The notes under the pieces were generated by a model. The model had not been told where the DNA came from and did not search any database. It worked only from the letters and a program-made list of their open reading frames with translations. 64,000 nt of DNA. It comes from an uncultured Spirochaetota bacterium. Lineage in GTDB: Bacteria; Spirochaetota; Brevinematia; Brevinematales; JAOACQ01. Numbering within the stretch: position 1 is the stretch's first letter; the number at the start of each line of letters is the position of its first letter. Positions 40,123 to 50,083 of the stretch are shown piece after piece. Position numbers and translations under genes: made by a program. The stretch spans positions 512,001-576,000 of the forward strand of contig CAWIGG010000002.1 of assembly GCA_963835575.1 (NCBI GenBank). Reading direction: 5' to 3'.

Positions 40123-41046
40123 TTGAGGAAAAGCTTTAAAGGAGCGGCGACAATTGATTTTTTTGAAGTGATTGATCAGATGGCAAAAGAAATAAGCGGA
40201 AAGATCACAGAGCTTCTTCCGGAAATAAACGTTAAGAGCGAAGTGGAGATTAAGAAACAGAGGGAAACCGTTTTTGAAACGGAAAAAATTAAAGTTAAAA
40301 GAATGTTCTACACCCGCCTCGGTTTTTCAAGCGAGTTCGGACAAAAAACATTTGAAAGTTATTATTACAGCCCGCCAAATACAAATACATCAACCGGCAG
40401 TATCCCCTTTTCACAGATTAATTTTGGTCTTTCACTCAGGTATTGGGATTTAAGGCTGGATTTTATGATGACCATAGTAGGAATGCCTTCTTATAACTGG
40501 AATGAAAAAGCCTTTCAGTTCAATAATAATTTACCCAATTATTTTAACATCTCACTTATATATTATCTTCCATGGTTCGGCAAGAGTTTGGCTTTAGGCG
40601 TGGGTTTTATCAGAGGAGACCATATTAGCGGTATTAACAGTAATAATTCGCAGATTGAATATAATCAGCCGGACGTCAATGGCGATTTGACCTGCCTGAC
40701 ATTAAATATATTATACAGCCCGTTCGATTTCCTGGAAATAGGTCTTTTGATTGGATTTAACGGCGAAGTAACCGGGAGCAGTACTTATTATGAAACCGGT
40801 ATTGCTGCAAATGTTAACCGGGATATTTCCTTCAGGTATTTATTTCCTCCAATAGAATTATCAGTCTTTTTCTTTTTCAACTCATCAATAGGGATAGAAT
40901 CAAGATTTTTTTATGCGCCGTCTAAATATCATGAAGAAAAGCATAATAGTGCAGATGGCTCTCTGATGGGATTCGATGATACTGTTGATCAATATATGAT
41001 CTTCTATGCCGGTATGGTTTACAAAGTTGATCTTCTGAATCTGTAA
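40123..41046 (+). pseudogene. Probably 5'-truncated outer-membrane/exported protein
   Basis: No RBS at TTG 40123; begins mid-domain; orphan GGAGG plus ATG MKIPPFLLF at 39943 on the far side of the MITE; beta-strand-rich C-terminus. Confidence 0.55.
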
Positions 41047-41131
41047 CCAAAGTCTTATCACAACTTGACGAAACACAATTTTATCATTATTCTTTATGCA
41101 TCTTTATCTTTTATCTGCAGGAGGATTTTTG

Positions 41132-43084
41132 ATGAAAAAGGATGTCGAAAAATATTCATTCCAGGCTGAATCAAAACAGCTTCTGAATCTCATGGTCCAT
41201 TCCATTTACACAAATAAGGAAATATTTTTAAGAGAGCTGATCTCAAACGCGTCCGATGCTATTGACAGGCTCCGCTTTGAATCCATTACAAAGCCTGAAC
41301 TTCTGAAAGCCGGCGCGCAATTTGAAATCCGTATAGAAGCGGACAAAAAAGCCGGGACCCTTACTGTCAGGGATAATGGGATCGGTATGAGTCATAAGGA
41401 GTTGATAGATCATATCGGCACCATCGCGAGGTCCGGTACACAGGAATTCATAAATAAATTAAAGGAAAGCAAAACCGATTCGTCAGTCAATGATATGATC
41501 GGTCAATTCGGCGTCGGTTTTTATTCGGCTTTTATGGCCGCTGATAAAGTCACCATTGAAACAAAAAAAGCGGGAGAGGAAGATTCATACCTGTGGGAAT
41601 CGGCGGGGGACGGTGAATATACTATCATTCCCGCGGAAAAAGAAAGCCATGGCACCGCAATAATCCTTCATTTAAAACCGGCCGATCCTGAAAACGGCCT
41701 TGAAGATTTTACGGATTATTATGTTGTCTCAAGCATTGTCAAGAAATATTCGGATTTTATTAATTATCCCATAATTATGAAAGAAGAAAGAGAGGAAATT
41801 GAAAAGGACGCGGAAGGCAAGCCGAAGAAAGACGGTAAAAAAGTCAATGTGGCAGAAGACAGGACGCTCAATTCCATGAAGCCGATCTGGACGAGGCCTC
41901 CCTCAGATGTGAAAGAAGAAGAATATAAGGAATTTTACAAGCATATCTCTCATGACTGGAATGAACCTCTGAAGACCATTTTTTACAGAGCCGAAGGAAC
42001 GCTTGAGTTTTACTCGCTTCTTTTTATTCCTTCCCGGGCGCCTTTTGATTTTTATTATCAGGGCTATAAAAGCGGCCTTCAGCTTTATGTAAAAAAAGTC
42101 CTGATCATGGAAGCGTTTGAGGATCTTCTTCCGAAATACCTCCGTTTTATGAAAGGCGTTGTGGAATCCTCCGACCTGCCGCTTAATATTTCACGTGAAT
42201 TACTGCAGCAGGACAGGAATGTCAGCCAGATGAAAAAGAGCCTGACTAAAAAAGTACTGGACAGCCTCCTGGAGATGTTTAATCAGGAAAAGGATATGTA
42301 TAAGAGCTTCTGGAAGGAGTTCGGCAACGCATTGAAGGAAGGCATTATTTCGGATTTTGAGAACCGGGAGAAAATAATCCCGTTATTGCTCTTTGAATCC
42401 ACCAATGATGCTGTTCTGCTGACAAATCTGGATGATTATATCGGGAGGATGAAAGAAGGGCAGAATGAGATTTATTATCTTACCGGCGAATCCAGGAATA
42501 TTGTTGAAAACTCTCCTCACCTCGAAGCATTAAAAGAAAAAGGTTATGAGGTTTTATTCCTGCTCAATCCCGTGGATGAGATTATGACCCAATACCTGAC
42601 GGAATACAAAGGCAAAAAAATAAAGTCGGCCGGTAAAGGGGAATTGGACCTGGGAAGCAAGGAAGAGAAGGAAAAAAGCGATAAGGAATTAAAAGATAAA
42701 CAGGGCGAATTCGGCGATCTCCTTAAATATCTGGGACAGAAACTGGATAAATATATTAAAGAGGTCAGGCTTTCCAACCGTCTTGTCACCGCACCGGCCT
42801 GCATTATCGGCGAGGAATATGACATCAGCCCTTATCTTGAGAAGATAATTAAAAAGGAATCGGAGCCTGGGGCTTCCATAAAAAAGAGGATTCTGGAGCT
42901 TAACCCCCAGCATTCGATCCTTTCAAAAATGAAAGCGCGTTTTATTAAAGATCAAAATGATCCCATTTTAGCCGATTATGCCGAGCTTCTTCTCGGCTAC
43001 GCGCTGCTTGCGGAAGGGGCGGATCTGCCCGATCCGGTAAGATTTAATCATCTTGTGGTTGATTTAATGGAGAGGAGCCTGTAA
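41132..43084 (+). CDS. htpG: Hsp90 chaperone HtpG
   Basis: IYTNKEIFLRELISNASDA, DNGIGM, IGQFGVGFYSAF, DLPLNISRE; GGAGG RBS supports ATG 41132. Confidence 0.98.
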   Translation: MKKDVEKYSFQAESKQLLNLMVHSIYTNKEIFLRELISNASDAIDRLRFESITKPELLKAGAQFEIRIEADKKAGTLTVRDNGIGMSHKELIDHIGTIARSGTQEFINKLKESKTDSSVNDMIGQFGVGFYSAFMAADKVTIETKKAGEEDSYLWESAGDGEYTIIPAEKESHGTAIILHLKPADPENGLEDFTDYYVVSSIVKKYSDFINYPIIMKEEREEIEKDAEGKPKKDGKKVNVAEDRTLNSMKPIWTRPPSDVKEEEYKEFYKHISHDWNEPLKTIFYRAEGTLEFYSLLFIPSRAPFDFYYQGYKSGLQLYVKKVLIMEAFEDLLPKYLRFMKGVVESSDLPLNISRELLQQDRNVSQMKKSLTKKVLDSLLEMFNQEKDMYKSFWKEFGNALKEGIISDFENREKIIPLLLFESTNDAVLLTNLDDYIGRMKEGQNEIYYLTGESRNIVENSPHLEALKEKGYEVLFLLNPVDEIMTQYLTEYKGKKIKSAGKGELDLGSKEEKEKSDKELKDKQGEFGDLLKYLGQKLDKYIKEVRLSNRLVTAPACIIGEEYDISPYLEKIIKKESEPGASIKKRILELNPQHSILSKMKARFIKDQNDPILADYAELLLGYALLAEGADLPDPVRFNHLVVDLMERSL

Positions 43085-43104
43085 TATAAATATCAGAAGA
43101 TATT

Positions 43105-44382
43105 ATGAGATTAAAAGAGATATTATTTACCCATAAAAAAAATGAAGTCCATAAAAAGCCCCGCTTCAGCGCCCTTGATATTTTAAAATATGTCGGGCCC
43201 GGGCTTCTTGTGACAGTGGGTTTTATCGATCCGGGCAATTGGGCCTGCAACATCTCGGCGGGTTCAGAGTACGGCTATTCGCTCCTCTGGATTATTTCGC
43301 TTTCCACTTTAATGCTCATTATTCTCCAGCATAATATCGCCCACCTCGGTATTGTTACCGGCAAATGCCTGTCTGAAGCGGCGAGCCAATATTTTCCCAG
43401 GGGGATTTCAATCCCTTTGCTTTCAACGGCAATGATAGCCTCTATTTCCACGTCGCTCGCTGAAATCCTCGGGGCTTCGATCGGGCTTTCCATGCTGACG
43501 AATATTCCTTATTTAATTTTGGCGCTGCTGGTTTCCGCGCTTATTCTGGTTATGCTGTTCACTAATTCTTATCGAAAGATCGAAAGATGGATAATCGGTT
43601 TTGTGTCCCTCATCGGGATTTCTTTTATTTATGAACTGACCCTGGTCAAAATAAACTGGCTTGATGCCGCTGTCAGTATGGTAAAGCCTGATTTTCCATC
43701 AGGAGCAATGTTGATTATTATGAGTGTTATGGGAGCGGTTGTCATGCCGCATAATTTATTCCTTCATTCGGAAATAATCCAGAGCCGGCAATGGAACCTC
43801 AAAAACGAGAAAATAATAAATAGACAGCTGAAATACGAATATTTCGATACAATCTTTTCCATGCTTGTCGGATGGGCAATCAACAGCGCGATGATACTTT
43901 TAGCCGCGGTATTTTTCCAGAAGCACATCGCTATCCAGGAATTGGGGCAGGCTTTTGAAATATTGAAGCCTCTTTTGGGTTCAAATTCCGCGTTAATATT
44001 TGCTCTGGCGCTCTTTTTTTCAGGGGTCGCTTCATGCATCACTTCCGGAATGGCAGGCGGGGTAATTTATGCCGGTATATTCGGCGAATCTTATGATATC
44101 AAGGATAAGCATACCTGGACCGGCGTGCTGATATCCATACTGGGAGCTTTTTTAATTCTCTTTTTTATAGATAATCCTCTTAAAGGTCTCATTATCTCTC
44201 AAATGATTTTGAGCATTCAATTGCCTTTTACGATTTTTCTTCAAATATACCTGACATCATCTAAGAAAGTCATGGGAAAATACGTCAATTCTCTTTTTAC
44301 AAAAATCATTTTATTTGCCATCGGAGCTGTTGTGGTATATTTGAATATCAGGCTGTTTATCAGTTTTATATTATCTAAATAA
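43105..44382 (+). CDS. mntH: Nramp family divalent metal transporter
   Basis: GFIDPGNW, GAVVMPHNLFLHS, about 11 TM helices. Confidence 0.9.
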   Translation: MRLKEILFTHKKNEVHKKPRFSALDILKYVGPGLLVTVGFIDPGNWACNISAGSEYGYSLLWIISLSTLMLIILQHNIAHLGIVTGKCLSEAASQYFPRGISIPLLSTAMIASISTSLAEILGASIGLSMLTNIPYLILALLVSALILVMLFTNSYRKIERWIIGFVSLIGISFIYELTLVKINWLDAAVSMVKPDFPSGAMLIIMSVMGAVVMPHNLFLHSEIIQSRQWNLKNEKIINRQLKYEYFDTIFSMLVGWAINSAMILLAAVFFQKHIAIQELGQAFEILKPLLGSNSALIFALALFFSGVASCITSGMAGGVIYAGIFGESYDIKDKHTWTGVLISILGAFLILFFIDNPLKGLIISQMILSIQLPFTIFLQIYLTSSKKVMGKYVNSLFTKIILFAIGAVVVYLNIRLFISFILSK

Positions 44383-44385
44383 AAA

Positions 44386-44458
44386 GCGGTTCCAATCCCT
44401 CACCATTCTGTTAGCATTGCTGGATAGGCCAGACAAAATGGTGAGGGATGAAATCGCC
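44386..44458. repeat. Family A hairpin unit, diverged copy
   Basis: GCGGTTCCAATCCCTCACCATTCTGT...ACAAAATGGTGAGGGATGAAATCGC; shares ATCCCTCACCA / TGGTGAGGGAT arms with the copy at 5507 (one mismatch in the 61737 copy). Confidence 0.7.
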
Positions 44459-44574
44459 GATATTGTCCCGAATCATGCGGCCGCTAAGTTCGCTTTGCGA
44501 ACTCCACAGCTTGCCCTGAGTGATAACGAATGGGCGGCAGCGCCATTAACTTTAACAAAAAGTTTTTTATTATT

Positions 44575-44612
44575 AAGGCAATTCCAAAAACTTAAAGTTT
44601 TTGGAATTGCTT
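44575..44612. terminator. Palindrome made of two IS5-TIR-like halves; likely terminator of the acyl-CoA synthetase gene
   Basis: AAGGCAATTCCAAAAACT-TAA-AGTTTTTGGAATTGCTT. Confidence 0.55.
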
Positions 44613-44621
44613 AATTCCTTT

Positions 44622-46298
44622 CTAAGGTTCATAATGCTTGCCTTTTTCTTTTTCCCTTATCTCAACCCGGCGGATCTTTCCGCTGATGGTTTTCGGGAGT
44701 TCAGTGACAAATTCAATAATGCGCGGGTATTTATACGGGGCCGTCACTTTTTTAACATGCTCCTGCAGTTCTGTTTTCAAAACATCGCTGGCAGTATAAC
44801 CCTTCGCAAGGACTACGGTAGCTTTCACAACCTGCCCTCTGTCGGGGTCGGGTTCGCCGGTTATGGCGCATTCCAGAACGGCCGGGTGCTCAAGAAGGGC
44901 GCTTTCCACTTCAAAGGGCCCGATGCGGTAGCCTGAACTCTTGATAAGATCGTCAGCCCGGCCGACAAACCAGTAAAAACCGTCTTCGTCGCGCCAGGCC
45001 ATATCGCCCGTATAATAATAGTTATCATGCCAGGATTTTTTAGTCAGCGCCGCGTCCCGGTAATAGCCTTCAAAAATTCCCCAAGGTTTATGCTGGTCGG
45101 TTCGGAGAGCGATCTGGCCTTCCTCGCCGGTCTCGCATGGCTTTCCCTCGTCGTTAAAAAGCACCACTTCATATCCGGGGGAGGGTTTGCCCATTGAGCC
45201 GGGTTTGGGTTCCATACCGGTAAAGTTAGCGATTGAGACAACCAGTTCGGTCTGTCCGTATCCTTCCATCAGCTTCAGGCCGGTCGCTTTCAAAAATTGC
45301 GTATAAACTTCGGGATTCAGCGGTTCTCCGGCGACCGTGCAGTATTTCAGCTTGGAAAAGTTGTATTTAGACAGGTCTTCTTTAATGAGGTAGCGGAATA
45401 TTGTCGGCGGCGAGCAAAATGATGTCACTCCGTATTTTTCAACGACATCAAGCAGGTCTTTCGGCTTGAATTTCGAGCCGTAATCATAGACAAAAACAGC
45501 GCAGCCGCAGATCCATTGGCCGTAAATTTTACCCCAGGCGGATTTTGCCCAGCCTGTATCAGAAACTGTCAGATGAAGTCCGTCGTTTGCCACATTCTGC
45601 CAGTACTGCGCCGTTATAATATGGCCGAGGGGATATGTAAAATTATGGGCCACCATTTTCGGCATTCCGGTTGTGCCCGAAGTAAAATAGAGAAGAAGCA
45701 TATCGGTATTTTTTGACGCTTCCGAGCCTGCCGGCCGTTTAAAATCCGGGGATGCTTTTTCTATTTCGCTGTCGAAATCATACCACCCCTTTCTTTTCTC
45801 ACCCTCGATAACGACTTTCAATTTAAGGGTGGGGGATTTTTCCTGCGATTCATCTATATGGTCCAGAACATCCTTATCACCGACGGATACAATCATTTTA
45901 ATATCAGCCGCGTTATTACGGTATATGATATCTTTTGTTGTCAGAAGATGCGTCGCCGGGATTGCGACAGCGCCGATTTTATGAAGCGCAAGTATTGAAA
46001 ACCAGAATTGATAACGGCGCTTGAGAACCAGCATAACAGGATCGCCTTTCTTAATTCCGAGGGATTTGAAAAAAGATGCAGTTTTATCGCTTATTTCTTT
46101 AAGCTGGCTGAAAGTATAAGTTGCTTCCCGGCCGTTATCGTCACACCAGACCAGCGCTTTTTTATCAGGATCGGTCTTTGCCCATTCATCAACGATATCA
46201 AAAGCAAAATTAAAATTCTCCGGTATTTTGATCTTAAAATTAGAGTAAAAATCCTCATAATCTTTAAATTTAATTTGATTCACAAATTTATTTAACAT
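44622..46298 (-). CDS. Acyl/acetyl-CoA synthetase (AMP-binding, ACSM-like)
   Basis: [54 protein letters not shown]. Confidence 0.93.
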   Translation of the reverse strand: MLNKFVNQIKFKDYEDFYSNFKIKIPENFNFAFDIVDEWAKTDPDKKALVWCDDNGREATYTFSQLKEISDKTASFFKSLGIKKGDPVMLVLKRRYQFWFSILALHKIGAVAIPATHLLTTKDIIYRNNAADIKMIVSVGDKDVLDHIDESQEKSPTLKLKVVIEGEKRKGWYDFDSEIEKASPDFKRPAGSEASKNTDMLLLYFTSGTTGMPKMVAHNFTYPLGHIITAQYWQNVANDGLHLTVSDTGWAKSAWGKIYGQWICGCAVFVYDYGSKFKPKDLLDVVEKYGVTSFCSPPTIFRYLIKEDLSKYNFSKLKYCTVAGEPLNPEVYTQFLKATGLKLMEGYGQTELVVSIANFTGMEPKPGSMGKPSPGYEVVLFNDEGKPCETGEEGQIALRTDQHKPWGIFEGYYRDAALTKKSWHDNYYYTGDMAWRDEDGFYWFVGRADDLIKSSGYRIGPFEVESALLEHPAVLECAITGEPDPDRGQVVKATVVLAKGYTASDVLKTELQEHVKKVTAPYKYPRIIEFVTELPKTISGKIRRVEIREKEKGKHYEP

Positions 46299-46311
46299 AT
46301 TCACCTTCCTA

Positions 46312-46764
46312 TTATATAACCATAGCCAGGAATCTGGCCGGTTTATTTTTTAATGCGAGCATGGCATGCTTATGACCGGAGTCAAAATATAGACTGTCGC
46401 CTTCCTCCAGCGTCACTTCATGAGAATCAATAAATACCTTAAGAGTCCCTTCCAGTACATAATTAAACTCCTGTCCGGCGTGCGAATAAAAATGGGAAGG
46501 CTTTTCGGTATTAACAGGCTCAACAGTAACAAGGAACACCTCAGCCTTTTTGCCGATAAAATTATAGCTGAGGTCCTGGTATTTATATTCTTTCCGGCGG
46601 TCAATGGAGAATCCTTTGCCCTTATGAACGACACTGAATATTTTAAGCTTGGGTTCTTCACCGGTTATGAGTGCTGTCATATCCACATTAAATTTACCGG
46701 CTATCTGAAAAAGAAAGCCGAGCGGTATATCTGAATTTCCGCTCTCATACTTTTCATAATCATC
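46312..46764 (-). pseudogene. XRE-cupin transcriptional regulator, 3' fragment (IS-interrupted)
   Basis: DDYEKYESGNSDIPLGFLFQIAGKFNVDMTALITGEEP...HAGQEFNYVLEG...GDSLYFDS; joins in frame to 48440-48545 when the IS and one CATC are removed. Confidence 0.9.
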
Positions 46765-48439
46765 TTGCCTGTCGGTTATTTCATTTTCGGAGTCAAACCA
46801 GCCCCTTACAATAAGCGGGCAAATAAAAATTTTGTCAGCTTAGCTGATTTTAATAATAAATTTCGAATAATCGATACTCAGACTATACAAAATCCTCTCT
46901 ATTTTCTCAAATATTGGGCATATTTCATAAAATTATGCGCAAGGGATACCCAGCATAGCTCCAAATTCACTTTCCGTTGACCTCTGTAAACTGTCTGAAC
47001 ATAACCCTTCTGTGTTTTGATGTTTGAAAATACGTGTTCTTTACCTATCCTGCGGTTGTATATCTTTTGCCCTTCTTCGCTGTAAAGTTTTGTTAAATAA
47101 GCATCAATCTTAGACCGATTATTCAATTCAAACTCACTGAAAATTACTGTCTTTTGCTGTGTTTTCGGTTTGATGTTTTTATAACACTCACTGAAAAATG
47201 GACATCTTTCACAGCCCTTCCGTGAATACAAAAATGTATATCTTTGGTTATTTCGATCTAAATACCCATTTTCCTTACGGCCGCCCCGGCATCCCAGGAT
47301 ATATTCGTCATCAATCTTTTCCAGTTTAAAGTCTCTTCGCTTCTGTGATTTATCACTGAAATCCCGCTCTTTCGTATCCACATAAAGGTCTTTTCCTTCC
47401 TCCACCATCCGGATTGTCTCTTCCATGTCCTGAAAACCCGAATCAAAAAGGTATTTGCTAGCCTTATCAACTTTTAATTCCGCTTTTTTCTGTTCCACCC
47501 TCTTTACCATTTCTTCCGTATGCTGTTTTTCCGGTGTTGTGATTGCTTCAAAATCTATAATCACATCATTATTACTGACCATCATCGCCGAATTATATCC
47601 CTGTATAAACACACTATGCGGATTTCCAGACATCAGCTTGCTTTCGGGATCAGTCAGGTTGGTGAATTCTTCGTCTGTCTTTTCCCCTCTCTCTACCTGT
47701 TTTTTGTATTCATCGATTTGGTTCAAAACACTATCGTAAATCTTTTTCCGCCTTGATACCCGCTTCTTCTCCGCTTCGTAATAAGGCTGCTCCAGCTTGC
47801 CTTCCCGGTAAGATTCTTCCAGTTCCAGGTCTTGTTTCACAATCTTTTCCGCCATCTTCTGGTAAGTGTCCATCAGCTTCCGGGTATGTTTCTTTCCCAC
47901 ATTCTTATTCTTACTCGCGTAGGCCTTGATCTTTGTGCCGTCACCCACTACCATGTCCCAATCTATAGACCCCATTTCGTTGAGTATATATAAAAGCTGG
48001 CTGAACAACTCCTCGATCTTTTCCTGAAAAAGTACCTTGAACTCGCAAATTACCGAATGGTCAATTTTCAGCCGGTTTGAAACATACATAAACCCAATGT
48101 GTTTTTTCAGCAAATCTTCTATCTTTCGGCTGATACGATTTCCCGTAATGTAACCGTAGAGTACCGCACAGATCACATCCCGAGGATTTTTAATCTCTCT
48201 GCCTCTATGGTCGTTCTTATAGTAAGCCGCGAAATCCTCCAGTTTAATACGGTTTTTGATGAATTCTTTTAGTATAAATTCTCTGGAATTCTCATCAAAC
48301 TGCTCGCCTATATTGATCGCGAGGAACTCACCCTGCTCCAGGCTGTTCTTTTCAAATCTTGCCATCTTTTTCTCCCGTTTTATTTTAACGGGAACCCTGC
48401 CGTATGTCCATGAAGCATGTTATAAAAACCGACAGGCAA
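46765..48439 (-). mobile_element. IS1182-family insertion sequence, 1675 bp
   Basis: Perfect 13-bp TIR TTGCCTGTCGGTT / AACCGACAGGCAA; 4-bp TSD CATC at 46761-46764 and 48440-48443. Confidence 0.9.
46899..48365 (-). CDS. IS1182-family DDE transposase
   Basis: SRKIE, DGTKIKAYAS, NLTDPES, QGYN, FDSGF, YNRRIGKEHVFSNIK. Confidence 0.9.
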   Translation of the reverse strand: MARFEKNSLEQGEFLAINIGEQFDENSREFILKEFIKNRIKLEDFAAYYKNDHRGREIKNPRDVICAVLYGYITGNRISRKIEDLLKKHIGFMYVSNRLKIDHSVICEFKVLFQEKIEELFSQLLYILNEMGSIDWDMVVGDGTKIKAYASKNKNVGKKHTRKLMDTYQKMAEKIVKQDLELEESYREGKLEQPYYEAEKKRVSRRKKIYDSVLNQIDEYKKQVERGEKTDEEFTNLTDPESKLMSGNPHSVFIQGYNSAMMVSNNDVIIDFEAITTPEKQHTEEMVKRVEQKKAELKVDKASKYLFDSGFQDMEETIRMVEEGKDLYVDTKERDFSDKSQKRRDFKLEKIDDEYILGCRGGRKENGYLDRNNQRYTFLYSRKGCERCPFFSECYKNIKPKTQQKTVIFSEFELNNRSKIDAYLTKLYSEEGQKIYNRRIGKEHVFSNIKTQKGYVQTVYRGQRKVNLELCWVSLAHNFMKYAQYLRK

Positions 48440-48545
48440 CATCAATGGAGACATGGAATTCTTTAACCAGCGTTTCAATAGAAATTCCATTGATATCGCG
48501 CAGTTCTTTAATGCGCTCCGCAATGTTTTTCATATCCGGGGTCAT
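48440..48545 (-). pseudogene. XRE-cupin transcriptional regulator, 5' fragment
   Basis: AAGGAGG RBS; MTPDMKNIAERIKELRDINGISIETLVKEFHVSID (start of the HTH). Confidence 0.9.
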
Positions 48546-48833
48546 AAAAACCTCCTTAATAATATAAAGTAATTATAATATTTAAGCCTTAAAGATATCG
48601 TTTTCATTTGATTATTGGATGTCTTTATAATTATGAACTTGTTTATTAAAATAATAAATAATCAAAAACAAGGCATAAATTATATAATTATTCCATTAAA
48701 AGTCAATAGGAAGATATCAGCTTTTTTATAATATTTTAATAATTTTGCCTGTTTTACCGGGATGACAAAACCTTATATAAAGAATAATTGATAAATTATG
48801 GATTTTTCTTTAAAATCTTTAAGCCTTATTTTT

Positions 48834-48908
48834 CGGGCTGTAGCGCAGTTTGGCTAGCGCGCTTGGTTCGGGACCAAGAAGCCGAGGGTTCAAATCCCTC
48901 CAGCCCGA
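48834..48908 (+). tRNA. tRNA-Pro (anticodon CGG), CCA not encoded
   Basis: CGGGCTGTAGCGCAGTTTGGCTAGCGCGCTTGGTTCGGGACCAAGAAGCCGAGGGTTCAAATCCCTCCAGCCCGA cloverleaf. Confidence 0.95.
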
Positions 48909-49088
48909 ATTTTTTTATCATTTTAAATATCTTTCCTATCAAAAAATAAAAATGATCTAAACTGAGTGAAGTATTTATAGTGTATATACTTGCAGATTCG
49001 TACCCTCTATGGGGAATGAATTTGCTATTTAATAAGCTTTTGCTGAAAGAATCGCTTAATTCGGGTATAAAAAAATCTCTTAAAACTC

Positions 49089-49115
49089 TAATCGAAATCT
49101 ACTTTCTACCGAAAA
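49089..49115 (+). promoter_or_regulatory. Sigma-28-like promoter candidate of flaB
   Basis: TAAT-N15-ACCGAAAA vs consensus TAAA-N15-GCCGATAA. Confidence 0.45.
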
Positions 49116-49126
49116 AATAAATAGGC

Positions 49127-49146
49127 CGAGAACAAGGATGTTCTCG
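49127..49146 (+). promoter_or_regulatory. CsrA-binding hairpin in the flaB leader
   Basis: Perfect 8-bp stem CGAGAACA-AGGA-TGTTCTCG with GGA in the loop; second GGA overlaps the RBS (CAAGGAGG). Confidence 0.8.
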
Positions 49147-49167
49147 AGTATTATCAAGGAGGATGGT

Positions 49168-50040
49168 ATGATTATCAACCACAACATCAGTGCCATTTTT
49201 ACCCAAAGACAGCTCTTTATTAACAACAGGGACAGCGACAAGGGCATTGAAAGGCTTTCTTCAGGTATGCGCATCAACAAAGCAGGCGACGACGCTTCCG
49301 GTCTTGCTGTATCGGAAAAAATGCGGAGTCAGATCCAGGGTTTAAAAAGAGCCCAGATGAACGTGATGGACGGGGTCTCTTTTCTTCAGACTGCCGAAGG
49401 TTATCTGGAGGAAACCCACACAATCCTGCAGCGTTTGAGAGAATTGGCGGTTCAGGCTTCCAACGGAATTTACAGCACGGAAGACAGAATGCAGATCCAG
49501 GTGGAAGTTTCCGAGCTTATCGCCGAAATTGACAGGATCGCTTCTCATGCTCAGTTCAACGGTATGAACCTGCTGACCGGAAGGTTTGCACGTCCTACAG
49601 GTGAAAACACTGTTATGGCCAGTATCTGGCTGCATGTCGGCGCGAATATGGACCAGAGGATCAGATTGTACATTGGTACAATGGGTTCTCAGGGCCTTGG
49701 CTTAAAATCTCCTGTTGGTAACGCTGCAACAGCATCTTTTGTCAGCTTGAGCACACCGGACAAGGCGAATATGACAATCGGTCTGGTTGACCTTGCTCTG
49801 ACCAAAGTATCCAAGCAGAGAGCGGATATGGGCGCTTACCAGAACAGACTTGAAAAGGCTTCTGTCGGTTTATTGGTCGGTTATCAAAACATGCAGTCCG
49901 CTGAATCCAGAATCAGAGACTCGGATATGGCAGAAGAGATGTCCTTCTTTGTCCGGTCGCAAATTCTGTCTCAGGCCGCTACTGCTATGCTTTCTCAGGC
50001 AAATCAGAAACCGCAGATGATGCTCCAATTATTGAGATAA
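49168..50040 (+). CDS. flaB: Flagellar filament core protein FlaB (spirochaete type)
   Basis: [49 protein letters not shown]; 290 aa without large variable domains. Confidence 0.96.
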   Translation: MIINHNISAIFTQRQLFINNRDSDKGIERLSSGMRINKAGDDASGLAVSEKMRSQIQGLKRAQMNVMDGVSFLQTAEGYLEETHTILQRLRELAVQASNGIYSTEDRMQIQVEVSELIAEIDRIASHAQFNGMNLLTGRFARPTGENTVMASIWLHVGANMDQRIRLYIGTMGSQGLGLKSPVGNAATASFVSLSTPDKANMTIGLVDLALTKVSKQRADMGAYQNRLEKASVGLLVGYQNMQSAESRIRDSDMAEEMSFFVRSQILSQAATAMLSQANQKPQMMLQLLR

Positions 50041-50050
50041 TCAAAAAAAA

Positions 50051-50078
50051 TAAAAGCGGCGCTTATGCGCCGCTTTTA
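50051..50078 (+). terminator. Intrinsic terminator of flaB
   Basis: TAAAAGCGGCGC-TTAT-GCGCCGCTTTTA. Confidence 0.85.
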
Positions 50079-50083
50079 CTTAT

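Noticed and set aside
44417..44614. 65-aa ORF in the mntH / synthetase spacer
   Set aside because: Lies wholly in palindromic repeat sequence, with a TTG start and no RBS.
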